Source: Gnetum montanum
Taxonomy: Eukaryota; Plantae; Gnetophyta
Assembly (NCBI GenBank): GCA_015680685.1
Contig: MNCI01002616.1
Coordinates: 254,378-318,377, forward strand
Direction: 5' to 3'
DNA: 64,000 nucleotides
Shown: in pieces, positions 38,601 to 52,460 of the stretch
Layout of the letters: each line of letters opens with the position of its first letter
How positions within the stretch are numbered: the first letter of the stretch is position 1
The notes under the pieces: model-generated
Told to the model about the DNA's origin: nothing
Seen by the model: the letters and a program-made list of their open reading frames with translations, nothing else
Database searches by the model: none
Translations under genes and position numbers: made by a program

Positions 38601-39050
38601 CATGCAGACCAAGGCTTTATAGTAAAGGACATGGATGAAAATAGGAAGAATTTTTTAGGTATGGACTATGCTTGATGGACTACTATAATAGGATCTAGCC
38701 CAAACATGGTTAGGTATGCCAATTATGATGGTTGAGATGTGTGTCTCATGGGAGAGATAGCAAAGATCAAAGTGGCCATAGTGATTTGACGGACTAACTA
38801 TTGGCATAGGCCTCCTACAAAGGTTTCTAGTTTCGAATTTGTCTCAAATTCATCATGTTTGTTGTGTTGGCTTTCCAAGTTCAATTTCACATCTTGTTCA
38901 TCCATTTTAATTAATTGAGGGATTATGCATTCATGGGTATTGTTCAAAGGTATTTTTTTCATAGGAAGAGGGTATGTACTCCTTTATGTTAATGGATTAA
39001 CTCATACCCATGCTTGCCTTTTGCCTCTACATGAGGAAAGAGTAACCCAA
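35620..39050 (-). pseudogene. gag: E gag-protease
   Basis: KYNNEGE, SLTRKALD*Y, HYHQLLGYDIDF, protease VHRVHVNDEATINII and FNLILG*PWL. Confidence 0.85.
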
Positions 39051-39155
39051 CTTGGATTTTGACATAGATGTAGTTGTAGTGCATTGAGCACAATGAATTC
39101 TAGGCTTTACCCTCATAGCCTAAGTGATTGTCTACATTCGACTACAGTAGGGTCT

Positions 39156-40557
39156 TGAAACACCACCAAAATTTGCATGTTATGACTCTCTTTTCATCAT
39201 GTAGCCTGTACCCCATGAAGCTCAAGGTTAGAATTTAGTGTAAATGTGAAGATCATAATTCATGATGGGAAATATCATGTATTTCATACTTTTGGGACTG
39301 AAAATTTACCTCATAAGTGGTCAAAGCCTCATCCCCCAAGTGGAAAATTTCATGTAATGTCTATATTTGGGCTTGGAGGTCAAAATGCCTTTTGGGATGT
39401 CAAAAATAGTAATTTGATGGGTTTTATGATGGATATAGTAGTTTCTATGTTGGAGATGCCTACATGTGGGTAGATCTCCCATACTTCTAGCATGAAGGGA
39501 TGTAGGACCAACAATGCCTAGTGTGGAGGAGCATAACCTTCCCTCCAACGTTGATGTAGCTTACATAAGATTTCAATACTTCATTGACTTTAACATTGAT
39601 AATGCACTCTAGCATGGATGGTAGAAGGTCGAGCATGGATATATGAAGCCAACGTGAATGGTGTGCCCCCATTACTATTTTTAGTAAATGGAATGTCCAT
39701 TGGGGTATAACACATTTTGTACATAATAACCCTCAAATTTGGACAACCACCTGACATAAGAATTATGGAAATTTTCAGCCAATTTGTAGTAGTCTTGTAG
39801 TCCAATTCTCAGAAAGATCCAATGCCAAAAACCCTATAAAATCAAGCATCCAACATCATTCACAAATTCAATAATTTTTGCAACTACACCCCTTTAGCAT
39901 TTCAAGCATTCTTACATCCATGAGCACTTGCACACTTTGCAATCATGCTACTTCTTGGATCAACCCAACATGGAACCCCTTGTGACCTTGTAACCCTTGT
40001 TACCCTCCTTTAGATTTTTGATATTTTGGGTATCTACACTAAGCATTTGGAAATCACAACTTCCAACATTGTTCACACTTGCAACAAAAAATCCCTCACA
40101 TCTCTAATGCTCTCTACATAGCCAATGTTGCAAATCTGTAGAAGTATTAAAGGTTCGATAGCATTGGGAGTGACAGAACATCTAGATCATGGAGCTGATC
40201 ACATCAGCTTCAACAAACTCTCAACCCCCACAAAATTGAACCATCCTAATCTTCTCTCGAACACATTTTTGTACACAATCTCTAAAATCTCTTTATTTTT
40301 TTGTGAAATAATGTTTACAATTTTGGTTTATGGATGAATTAGATATGTTATTTATTTTCAATGCATTCACATTTTCAGACTTGCAATTTTATTTTCATTT
40401 ATATTACCTTGTTTTCCCTCATCAAAGTTCCTAGGTGATTTTCTAGATCATCTAGGGCATCCTAAATCTCATCTTTCAGAGGCCCTCAAAATTTGGAATG
40501 AAGGGTATTGCATTAAGATTTTTAGTTTTCTAGTGACCAAAATTTTCAATCTCTACA
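39156..40557 (+). repeat. 5' LTR of element F
   Basis: TGAAACACCACCAAAATTTGCATG...CTCTACA, followed by a PBS; homologous to the B and C LTRs. Confidence 0.85.
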
Positions 40558-40563
40558 ATTTTC

Positions 40564-40581
40564 TCACACTAGAAAGAAGGC
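40564..40581 (+). promoter_or_regulatory. PBS of F (tRNA-Asn type, decayed)
   Basis: TCACACTAGAAAGAAGGC, 6 nt after the LTR. Confidence 0.65.
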
Positions 40582-41471
40582 CTTTACCTAATTTCTACAA
40601 CCAAATCAGCTTATCATTATCTATTAGTTTGAAATCTTTGATATTTTAGTAAAAACCTTTGAATCTACATAAAAGTAAACATTGTAATCCATCCCGCTCT
40701 ACCCCACAAACCCAACGTGGATGTTGTAGGTGTTTGGGTTTTGGAATTTTTACAATAGCTGGCATGAAATCCAAAAGCTAGCATTGGTTTTTTGGTCCCA
40801 TTCATACCCCCTTGGCTGCCAACATTTTCTTAGTTTTCCAAATTTTTTGGATTTAAAAACCAAATCGCCCCCCACCCTGCACCCCCCTCCCACCCCCACA
40901 CTTTTTGCTATGAAAAATTGGCAACTTTCTAAAGTCATCTTTTTCTAAAAAATTAATGTTTCCACTTTGTTTTTCAACCCTTCCTCCTACTCCAACATGG
41001 CAAGAAAAAGATGTAATACTTCCCATCTTATCCCCTTTCTTTCCCCCCTTGCTACACCCAAATGTAGGTGCAACTAAGAAGCCAAGAGTAGGTGGAGTGT
41101 GATACCACCTCTTTCCATTTTTAGTAAATGGGTATACCCCCTTTGACAACCACTTACTATTTATACTAAGTAATATGTTTTTAGCCATTTTTTTCTTTTC
41201 TATTCTTTTTCAAATTCCACTTGCTAGAATTTACATTTTTATCCATCCTTTTGTAACCTCATTAAGCCATTTTCAGTATCATAACCATGTCTTTCAAATG
41301 GCTAACCAAGTTGCCAGCTAGTCCAACCAATAACCCATGAGGATTTATGACCCCAAGGACCCCACCATAGCCAAATGCAGATAGTATTTGAAACTTAGGA
41401 GGTAGATTCTTGGGTTCTCCATAATAAATGAAGAGCACTACCACTTCATTTGTGCCAAGATCTAGGCTGGC

Positions 41472-41843
41472 ATGCTAATTCCACTAACGAAAGCAAACTT
41501 TAAGAGGGAGTTTGAGCTTATACATCATAATGGGAAGGAGTATATTCCCTCCCCATATGATCAAATATACCTCACCAACATCTATGCTAGCATCCTAGCT
41601 CACCTAATTAAGATGGAGGAAGAGGACTAGAAGCTTATCTCAGATGGGTAGCCAAAGGAGGAAGACAAATTTTGGGTAGACTTTTAGCATGAAAATTCCT
41701 TGGGTGCACTTTTCCAACAAGCCACATCTACTACAATAGGGCCTACCTCCACCCCCTTCATCTCTTCCATAGAGAATTTCCCACCACCTTTGTCCCTACC
41801 TTACTTGACCATGTTTAGGCCCACACTAGTCATAGCTATGCAT
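41472..41843 (+). pseudogene. gag: F gag N-terminus, interrupted by C
   Basis: MLIPLTKANFKREFELIHHNGKEYIPSPYDQ matches the gag starts of C, E and A. Frame PTLVIAMH|QAQSMPQ resumes after 58693. Confidence 0.8.
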
Positions 41844-43325
41844 TATTGCAATTGGAAAAATTTGATCACTAGAAAAATTGATAGATCTAGCACAACAGCC
41901 TCAATCCTAAATCCCTAGGGTCTTTGAAAAAATATTAGATTCAAGATGCCCTAGCCGATCTAGTAGATCAAGTAGGAAATTTGAGGAGGGTAGAACAAGA
42001 TAAATAATATGATTGAAGATTGAAGTAATATAAAGGCACTAAAAATAAATGAAAAATTCACTTTGAACACAAAAAATATATATAAAATTTATTTTACAAA
42101 GAATAAAATAAAGGAGAGTTAAAATATTATGTACAATGTATGCCTCAGAGGGCAACAAAGGGCATTTCCTTGGGTGGGGGTTCAAGATCCATTGAAGCTA
42201 ATGTGCTCAACTTAACGATTTGGATGTCCTACCACTTCTGATGCTATTGAACCTCCTTTGTTGCTACTTCTAGATTTTCAACACTAATCACTACTGGAAG
42301 TTGAAAAATGTGAAGAATCCAAGTTACCCAAGTGCTCTATGTTCGGGGTTGAAGATCCTAGGAGTGTAGCATGGAGACTAAAAACTCATAAATCTTAAGG
42401 GGGTTATAGGATCACAAGGCCATAAGGGTTTCACTTTGGGAATACCCAAGGAGTAGCATTTATGCAAAGGTTTGAAAGTGCTCTTGGATGTGCTAGAGTG
42501 TGGAACTATTTCTTAGAAAATGTATGTATGCTCAATGTATTCAAGTACCAAAAGAGTGGAACTTGTAAATGGTGTTTAAAGCTAGTTTTTATCGATTTTA
42601 GGCCATGAATGGTGCTACAAAATGGCTGTAATTTGGCAATAATTTGGATGCACAATTGCTACAAATTGGTTGTGATTTTCCTACAAATTTTTGCCTCATA
42701 CAAGTAAGATGGTTGCCAAAATTTTGGGGGTTACCATATATAGTAAGTGCCTTTCCCCATTGCCATTCCATTTACTATAAATAATAATGGAGGCACAACT
42801 TTCACATTGGAGATGAATCTTCCATGTTAACCATTTTGTCATCCTTACTGAAGTGGTTGGTAATTTTGAAGTGCATGAAGCATTGAAATTTGACTTTTAT
42901 GGTTTCCATGTTGGGGGCATGTAGTTTCCACACTAAGGAAAAATGTTTCCAAGCTAAGGGAAAACCTCCCAATCCTCCATGCTAGGGGTGGGTGATATTT
43001 ACCACCACCCCCTTCCCTCATAGATTATTCCAATGTAGAAAAATGTATACCCTTCATAAAACCCATCAAATTATCATTTTTGGCATTCTAAAAGCAATTT
43101 TGACCCTCCAAGCCTAAATATAAACACTAGGTGATCTTTTTCATTTGGGAAATGAGGCTTTAAGCACTTTGAGGCATTTCTTAGTACCAAAAGTATGGAA
43201 TATGTGAGATTAACCCTTATGTATTACAATCTTTACATTTACAATGAAGTTTTAACTCAAGTTTCATCAGGTGAAAGATACATGACAAAAATTAACCATA
43301 ACATTCAAATTTTTTTGGTGTTTCA
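41844..43325 (-). repeat. 3' LTR of C
   Basis: Colinear with 57397-58688 (16 mismatches in a 120 bp sample). Confidence 0.92.
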
Positions 43326-43338
43326 ATGGCCCTTCTTT
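43326..43338 (-). promoter_or_regulatory. Polypurine tract of C
   Basis: Minus strand AAAGAAGGGCCAT abuts TGAAACACC; the upstream ~60 bp match B 30784-30853. Confidence 0.85.
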
Positions 43339-43553
43339 GTTGGTGTCTAGAGAATTGACTTGATAGGCACTGGCAAAGAATACAAAACACCACTACATAT
43401 TATAATGCTAGAATTCATATAGGTGACATGATATGATAAAACCAAGCTATCCAAGTCATTGAAGTCACTAGTTTAAAGTCATGGTAGGTCATGGTACCAG
43501 TTTAAGGCACTAGCAAGCCATTGAAAGTAGGCTTTCTTGTTGATGATTATTGG

Positions 43554-46500
43554 CTACATGTAGTATGGCTTTAGATAGGAATGATTGATCATATTGGCTA
43601 GCTCATTCCCATCCATGTCAGCTATTTTGAAAGCATCATTCCTATAGGCTCTAGTGACAAGAAAGGATCCTTTCTAGTTGGTTGAGAATTTGTCTACATG
43701 CTCGCAAATGGCTTTGAGGACTAGGTCACCTTCCTTGATCTTACTCATGATCATGTTATGGTTATGCTATTTATTTTTCCTCTCTTGATAGTGTTTGATA
43801 TGAGCAAGTGCTTGCTCCTACACCAAGTCTAGGGTTATTGTCTACAATGCCTTATTCTGCTCATTGTTGATGAAGTTGGCCAAGGCTACTCAAAGTGATG
43901 ACACCTATAATTCAAGAGGTAAAAAAACTTTAAAATCATAAACCAAGCTATAATGGATCATACTACTTGCCATGCGATAGGTTGTTCTATATTCCCATAA
44001 TGCATGAAAAGCTACCCATGCCATTTGCGCTTGCTGTTGTTGAGCATCTTCTTGAGCAAGTTGATGGTGGCCTTGTTGCTTGCTTCCACTTTTCCATTGG
44101 CTTGAGGGTAATAAGGCAACAAGAAAGAATTCTTAATTCCTAGGTCATGAAAAAAATCCTTTGTGTCTACGCTACTAAATTATGGTCCATTTGCTATAAT
44201 TATGATCATGGGTATGCCAAAATGATCTACAATGTTATCTAGGATGAATATGTAGACCGACTAAAATGTAGTCTTCCTTAGGGAAATAGCCTCAACCCAC
44301 TTTGCAAAATATTCTATTGCAGTGATGATGAAGTTATGCCCTATAGAAGACTTAGGCATTATTTTTCTAATGATATCCAATCCCCATCATTGAAATGACC
44401 ATGTTATTTAAGTGGTATGCAACTCATTAATGGTACATGTATACGGTTGCTATATTGTTGGCATGTCTTACACCACTTAACCTTTTATAGGTAGCCATTT
44501 TTCATATGAGGAAAATAGTAGCATATCCATCTAATCTTGGTGGCCATAGCTCTTAGTCCTATATGTCCTCCACAAACACCCTCATGAACCTACTCTAGGA
44601 CTATTCTGGCTTTGATTTTACCTAAGCACTTTAGGAGTATGCCATCATAGGATCATCGACATAATGTGTTATCACCTACAATGACATACTACTTCAATTT
44701 CTTGCATACAACGTTCTTCTAAGTGATATTTAGGTCTTATGATGATTCACCATTCATAAGGTAAAATTTTATATCATCATACCACTCCTTAGGAAGAGTA
44801 GTATGAATGATGGCCATAAATATTTTTTTTTTTTTGTGATGGAAGTAGCACAGTCCACAGTTAAGGTGGGTTACTTACTAAAAACATATGGCATTACACT
44901 AAAGGCTAACATTGCAATTGCATCAGCTATGATGTTCTCATTTTGGAGTATGTGTTGGATATCAACATCTATGAATTGTCGTAACAATTGCTTTCCTAGG
45001 TCACAATAAAGAAGTATTTGGCCTTACATGCATAGACTTTGGTCACTTGGCTAACCATAAGTTGCCAATTGCCTTTTATAATTAAGCATCTAATTCCAAT
45101 GTCACAAGATATCATCATCCATTTGATCAAACCCTCATACTCTACTATGTTGTTTGTACATAAAAACTCAAAATGGTAGGCAAAAGGATTGGATTTCACC
45201 AAATGGAAATGTTATGATGGCAATGACACTAGCCCCATAGGTAGTCAAATCTTCATCAAAGTGCATAACCACCTCACAACCCTCTAGCACTTGGCTAATA
45301 GTGTTCATGTGTTCATCAAGGAACTCAAGATCTATGGTTACTTGATTATCAACAGGTGAAACTGTGAGTTGTAGGACTATAGCTTGACCTTTCGTTAAGG
45401 ATTAAGAGACATAATGAAGGTCAAACTTCATAGTTATGACTTTTTATTAGGCTATATGGATACTTTCATAGATGTTGATCATTATGGCTCTAAGTTGTTA
45501 TCCTTGCAATGATGTTGACTTGGCTTTTGAAGAGGTACTATCTTCACTTATTCAAAGAGAATAGTGCTAGATACTCCTTTTTCACTTCAGTGTTTTTGGT
45601 ATCATGGGCAAATAATGCATGGCTAAGGTAGTACATCGGCATTTCTACTCCATCATCATGTTGTTGATAGAGTAGAGAGGCATTGGATGTGTCAGAGATG
45701 GTAAGATAAATGTAGAATGGTTTACCCTCTTATGGAGGATAGAATATAGTTAGTTGTTAGTTGTGTTAACTCTTCTTAAGGTTTTCAAAGCCCCCTTGAC
45801 ATTGAGTCATGGACTCATAGTGAATCCCTTTCTTAAGCAAGTGTTACATAGGCTGCAATTTATCTATAAGCCTAGAAATAAACCTATGAATAAACTATAA
45901 TCTACCTTATAATCCTCAAAGCTCCTTGATGTTGGTAGATGCTACTAGTTTAGATATGTTCCTAACCTAATCAAGATCGATCTATATCCCCACTTTAGAT
46001 ACTACAATGCCAATAATCTTAGCAATCTTGACACCAAAGATGCATTTCTTGGGATTGTGCCTATTATTGTACTTGAGACATCATTTATGCACAAGATCTA
46101 GGTCATTATCATGGTCACTAGACACTTTGGACTTAACAAATATGGCATCTACATAATTGTTAAGAAAACCTAGCATATAATTACTAAATATATACGTCAT
46201 GACTCTGTGGTAAGTTGCTCCTACATTCTTAAGGCTAAAGGACAACATAGTATAGAAAAAGGTACCCTAAGGGCTCATGAAGCTCATGCTAAGTTGGTGC
46301 TATGGGTTAATCCTAATCTAGTTATATCTCAAGAATCCATCTATAAGCGACAACAAGGCATGTCTAGCTATAGTATCAATACGTTGATTAATACTAGGCA
46401 AAGGGAAGTCATCCTTAATAGTCAATTTATTTAGGTCTCAGAAATTAATGTAGATATGGATACTCCCATTTTTCTTAGGGACTACCACTATGTTGAACAC

Positions 46501-47027
46501 CCATTCAGCATAGTCAATAGCCCTAATAAAACCAACTTGGTAGAGCTTTGAGATCTCATCATGAATTTCCAAGGATAAATTAGGTCTAATCTTGCATACT
46601 TTCTACTTAATTAGTCTAATTTTAGGATCTAGTATGATGTTATACTAGACTAAGCATGGGTCAAGACATGGCATATCTTCATATGACTAGGTAAAGGCCT
46701 TAATGTTGCTTTGTAGGACCTTGGTGATGTCTTGAGTATATTGAGGTTCCAAGAACGAACTTAGTTTAAGGGTTTTTCCTCACCAATGTATGTTGTAATA
46801 GGAGCCTCAACTAGAGAGTCTTTAGTTATGTCATCGATATCTAAGTCAAAGGTTTTGGCTAGGTTTTCAAGCCATTCTAGAGGTTTTTCTATCAAGGCTA
46901 TGTGGTCAACTAGACTCTCAGGCTCAAGATCTAGGCAAACAGGGTCAATACACCATTCAACATCACCATGAGGTCCATGTAGACACAAAGGCAAACTAAT
47001 TTACTTTGAGGTACTCATACTTTGATC
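43554..47027 (-). pseudogene. pol: C pol: RT - RH - aRH - INT
   Basis: LCLHGPHGDVEWCIDPVCLDLEP, WVFNIVVVPKKNG, NYVDAI (catalytic YVDD mutated, ~46144-46155), aRH CTNNIVEYEGLI, INT FAKWVEAI; ends LKPYYM*. Confidence 0.95.
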
Positions 47028-47269
47028 ATGCATGTCAACCAAAAACATATTAAGTGGCACCTAGGTAAAAGTGAATAAATAATTCTAAAATGCTATAAAA
47101 TTATGCAAACACATGCTAGTCTAATGTAAACAAGCTCATCCAAGGCTATAAATAGGGTAACAGCAAGTAAGAAAATTGGAATAAGGGCCAAATAAAGGTA
47201 AAACCAAGATCAAACAAAGGTAAGTATGATAAATAAGACTACAAATTATCAACAAGGATCACAATTTTT

Positions 47270-47325
47270 CCAGGTTTAGGCCTTAGTGGACCATGATGCT
47301 AGTTTAAGGCCATAGTAGGCCATGG
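47270..47325 (-). repeat. Short-repeat copies upstream of the C RT acceptor
   Basis: CCAGGTTTAGGCC and GCTAGTTTAAGGCCAT; reverse complement of B 6765-6850. Confidence 0.75.
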
Positions 47326-47699
47326 TCACATGGTGTTAAATGGTGGTAAGAGAAGGCCAAACCTCATTATTTGATACCAATGAAAGGCTAAAAAAAGGAA
47401 AATAAGGCTGTAATAAGGTAAATAAAGAGGATATAAATCTACATAAAGGCCACAAGAAGATCAACAAGGTTGACAATGTAATGCAAGGCTAAAAACAAGT
47501 TGAAACATCATGTAATAAGACCAAATTAAGCAAAATAGGTTACATATGATCAAGCCTAGCTAATATAGGTTAAAAGGGATTATATTTTTCCAATTTTAAA
47601 CCTAATTAGGCCATGATTTAGGGCTACATGGCTATTAGATGAGTTTGGTCATCATTCAGGTCTATTTCTGGGCTGTTTGGACTTAGAAATCAAGAGTTT

Positions 47700-49480
47700 T
47701 GAGGCTTCCATGCTAGGCCCCTTTTGTTTCCATGCTGGCCAACATGGAAAAAAGGACCCTCAACATGAAAACTAAGGAAATTAGGTTTTTTAATATCTAT
47801 AGGTCTGAAATTGAGGTTTTGGGGCTTCCCCAAGGCAATGCAAGGCCAAATCTATCAAAATTGGGTACTTCAAAGATCTATAAAGGCCAAAAAGCAAGTT
47901 TTGTAGCCTTTCCCCCCTATTTCTATGCTAGCTACTATGGAAGAGATGGGGTTCAACATGAAAAATCAAAATCCAAGCAAAAACATGGTCAAACTAGCAA
48001 CTGGAACTCAGATCTAGAAGTTGTGCATCCTCTAGCTTCGTTTTGAGGCCATTGGAGTCTTTCTTGAGTGTCAAAACATGCTAAAATGGCTTTTCACCTT
48101 TCTTCCACATTGAACATAGTATCCCCACTATGGAAGAATGTGGTAACATTTGTTTTGTGGATTCGAAATGGTCTAGGAACACATTTACCAAGTTCCTAGG
48201 CTCCTAGGATTGTAGGTCATGATTTTGCAAGTTTTTTGTTGATTTTGAGCATGTTTGGAGGTCATTCAAGGGTATCTAAGGTCTTACCCCCTATTTCCAT
48301 GCTAGTGAAGTTTCTTTAGCATGGAAGATTAGGGGGAATGAGTTTCAAAAATCAAAATGAGATCAAACAAGTAAAATATTAAGGCCACGAGGTCCTAGGC
48401 TTCTCCAACGTAGACCTTTGGCTTCTAAGAGTGTCATCTTATCATCAAAATTTCAAAATGTAGCTTTTCCCTATTTCCACATTGCCCATCATGGAAGGGA
48501 ACTTCTCCAGTGTGAATGGAACAAGAATCGTATATCTAGGCTAGCTTAGGTCACAACTGACTATGCATGTTAGTTTCTAAAGTCGTTAGGGCCAAGGGCT
48601 AGGGTTTCATGGCAAAATTTGGTAGTTTTGAGTACTCCCAAGTGCTCTTTGGGCTTCCTCCACACATTTCTTCCACATTGGAACTAGGTAAATTAATGTG
48701 AAAGACTAGGGGAACCAAGTTTTAGTCATTTAGGACCATTGTTTTGAGGTTTGAAGGCTTCAATATTTGTTGACAAGGTTCTAGGGTGCATACAAGGTTA
48801 TCTAATGTTCTTATGAGGTGTTTATGAGCCCCAAATGAGTTGCACCTTTAGTTTCCATGATAGGAAGCATGGAGGAAGGGATCCCAAACATGGAAGAACC
48901 ATAAATCTTAGATCTAGACTAGATTTGGCCTTAATTAATCATGCATGTTTGCCTCCAAGGTTGCCAAGGTTGAGGACTAGGGTTTGAGATCAAGTTTGGT
49001 CAATTTGGAGGTTTCCTAGATGGTTTTTGGGCTTCTAGTTTCTTTTCAATGCTAGGGATAGTATGCTCAATGTGGAAGACTCAAGTAGCTTTTTAGTCAT
49101 TTATGGTCACTTTGGCAGCATTTAAGGGCTCTAGAAGATGTAAAACTAGTCTTAGGATTTATGTAGAACTATAGGGTATCTTCTTAAAGTGTTTAAAGAT
49201 CATTTTGAAGTCCTCCCATAGTTTCACCCTTTCTTCCACATTGGTCAGCATGAAAGAGGTAGCTCTCAGCATGGAGAAACTAGGAAACCCTACTACCATT
49301 TTTTGACATTTTCAATCATGCATGCGGGTTTCTAAGATTACTAATGTCAACTACTACTACCTAATGTCAAAATTTGGTCATTTTAATGGCTGCGAAGTGG
49401 TTATTGATGTTTCCTCCCACCCCCTTATTTCCATGTTGGGGTTTCTATGCTGAAAGTGGAAGATTGGGGGAAAATATTTT
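47700..49480 (-). repeat. Degenerate ~180-190 bp array in the C spacer
   Basis: Reverse-complement homolog of B 3640-6420 (47707-47770 matches 6340-6410). Confidence 0.7.
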
Positions 49481-49529
49481 ATACCTATTCATGGTCAATA
49501 TTGGTAGGTCTAAGGATCTTAGGAATCCT

Positions 49530-51960
49530 CTTTGCACATATTTTATATCCAGGGTGTGAAGGTTAACATAGACATTGATGAGGACCTCTTTTGCATTTTA
49601 TTTGGTGTTCCTATTGATGGAACAAAGGTTTCCACTAAGATAGTGAAGGAATTGGGCCATCATGAAGAAGTTTTAGAATGGCTTGGTGCCAACATCAACC
49701 ACTCCATAATTTTCATGGATGGCTCCATGAGCACTAATGCAAAGGAATCCTATCCTTTGTTTAGGTCTCATGTGTTTTTAAAGCTATTATCACAAAAGAA
49801 GATGATCAACATCATGTAGGGGTGAACCCTTAAAAAGGTCCTAATGGATGACACCAAGTTCAACTAGGCATCTACTTTGGCTACTGGGCTTCAAGAGGAG
49901 ATCCTTAGACTCCATGCAAACACCTCTACAATAATCCACATGCATTTTTCCTTTTTTGTAGGTTATTTGAAGAGGTTTGGAGAGTTTCTGGTGGTGTATA
50001 GAAATAGGAAATGGATTTTCCAAGATCCAAGACAACCTTCTAAGCCTTAAATAAAACAAATTTATCCAATAGTTCTAGCCCAAAATCCACCAGAGGCAAT
50101 GGATGATGCACTATCCATTACCACCAATGATCTTGATGGTAGGTGATGTGAGTCTCCTAATAACACAGATGATGAGGAGCCTCTCACATTTTTAGTGAGC
50201 ATCCTAGAGGTCAAACAATGATGTAGGGAGGCCAAAGGGATAACTAGAGAGAAACCTAAGAGGCCCATGGAGGAAGCACCACTACCATCAGACCAACCTA
50301 CCCCAAAAAAGCTTAAATTTAATCTTAAGCCATCATAGCAAGTAGTCATAGGTATGCTTTATCTATGTTTGGCTATTTTAAAGTTTGTGGCTATGTTATG
50401 ATTTCATATTCTAATTGATTTTCTATGTGTTATGGTTGTATATAAGCATCAAGTCCTAATAGCCCAAGATACCATAGAGGAAGAATAAAGGTATGCAGAA
50501 GAGACACTCCTACAACAACCTGAGGTAGACATAAATGATCTAGATGCTTTTTTTGCTGAGTTAGTGCTAGGTACATCCCCCATCATCATCAATAAGAAGA
50601 GGAGGAGGAGCTTGGTATGTCCATGCCTTAACCCTTTTGTTATATCCTATTGCTTAATTTTGATTTTTCATCCTAGCCCTTTGAAAATTGTAATGCTTAT
50701 AGTAGTTCCTGAGCCACCAATTTAGCCCCCTATCCCTAAGTTTTATGCAAAACCATGGGTGAAGATCCTAGACAAGGTGGAGTTCATGCATGGGATAACT
50801 AAGGACATCATCAACTAGTTGCAATAGGTTGCACCTAAGATAGGTAAGGACTTTATTTTATATGTCTTAGTTCTTTGGTTGTGTTATAGGCTATGTTTGT
50901 ATTATGGCTATCTTAGGTTGTATATTATGTTTATGGTTGTATTTCATGCTTGTGTAGTTCCTTGTGTGGAGTGGGACCCTAGCCAAGACATGGAGATTAA
51001 CTCCTTGACTAAGCTTTCCTTTGATGTATCTAGTGTACCCTTGAAGTTGTATGAGACTACTATTGATCTAGCACTATGTACAAAAATTTCATGGGAGCTA
51101 GAGAGGTCCAATGAATCCCTATGGGAGGTAGTTGTGGCTTCAAGGGAGAAGACTCAATGGTAGGAGGAGATCATTAGAGATCTCCAAAACTACAAGGCCT
51201 TTGTAAAAGTCCAAGTGGCTAACTCAAGGGAATTACAAACCAAGGAGATCACGTGGACTTGCTACTAGCACAACATTCAGGATAAAGTAGTAGTTTTACA
51301 ATAGATGGTAGAACAATAGATGTAGATGGAAATCATCTTCTAGAAGGTCAAGGATTGGAAAGAATACTACACTTAGATCCTTGAGTGGGGTAAGAAACAA
51401 AAGGCCCATAAGCAATAGTACATGTTGGATCATGGGGCCTACTTCAAGTGGCTCAAGGAGGAGTCAATTGAATGGCATGAGCAAGAGCTATTCATCTAGG
51501 GAATCTAGGTAAAAAGTGCTAATTAGCTTTCTGAGAGTCCTCTCATGGTTGAACAATTCCCTACTACTTGGATTACCACTATTGTAGGCAAGACTTCTAT
51601 GGTTGCTATTACCCAAGAGCCATCTACTTGGACCACAGTAGGTAGGGCTTGCATCCTTTTCAACATTGATATTGGAAACATTGACTAGGTTAACATGATG
51701 GAGGACCAAATCCTCCATCATTTGGAGGAAGGCCTTCCACATCTACCCCTAGAAGTTATGGAGCCAAAATCCCCATAGGTTAGATGTGTTTTATGGTTTA
51801 GTTTTTGTTTTAAGTTACGATTTTGGCTGTTGGTCACTAATTAGTTGTGTTGTTGTATTTTAGACATCAGAAGACATTGGCTATCCTAGTGGTGAGGGTG
51901 AAGATGATCCACCACTTCCTCCCCCAAATGCCCGTTAGCATCCTCCATCTACTTATTTCT
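49530..51960 (+). pseudogene. Antisense multi-exon extra gene of C (5'-truncated)
   Basis: IDIDEDLFCILFGVPIDG..EWLG..SYPLFRSHVFLKLLSQKK..FN*ASTL..KRFGEFLVV; KPWVKILDK; donors at 50352, ~50843 and ~51779; VPCVEWDP..KLYETTID followed by a Q/E/K-rich tract. Confidence 0.8.
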
Positions 51961-52261
51961 AGCTTGTTTTCTACATTACTTTTCTTTTCATGTTGATGGC
52001 TAATGTTAGCCAAGACTATGTTATAATGGTTATTATTTCTTAGCATTTTTGCCACACAATGTGGCCATGGCTATGTATGTTATGGACACTTTTAATTTAA
52101 ATTTAAAATTTTGTTTTTATTTTTGGCTATATATATTTTTTTTGTAGTAAAGGTTGTAAATGTTATAGATGTTGTGACTGGCTATATTGATGATTTTGGT
52201 TATAAAATTAAATGGCTAATTAATGTGATAATACACTAAACAAAAATATAATAAAAAAGAT

Positions 52262-52460
52262 GTTTGCTAGTTTAAGCCATGGTAGGCATAGGTTGTATTA
52301 TTTTTCTAGTTTAATGTCATGGTGGACCATGTTATGTAATTATCTTTGCCAATTTAAGGCCATGGCAGGCCATGTTACCAATTTAGAGTCTTAGTAGACT
52401 ATGATGCTAGTTTAAGGCCATAGCAAGTCATCATGCTAGTTTAAGGTCATAGCATATCAT
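52262..52460 (-). repeat. Short-repeat array (6 units GCTAGTTTAAGGCCAT) of C after gag-pro
   Basis: Same core and relative position as in A and E. Confidence 0.9.

Larger units (their letters stand above)
32140..39155 (-). mobile_element. Element E: internal fragment (gag-pro plus spacer with antisense gene), cut by B on the left and F on the right
   Basis: gag and protease motifs on minus, repeat array and antisense gene in the same order as in A and C. Confidence 0.85.
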
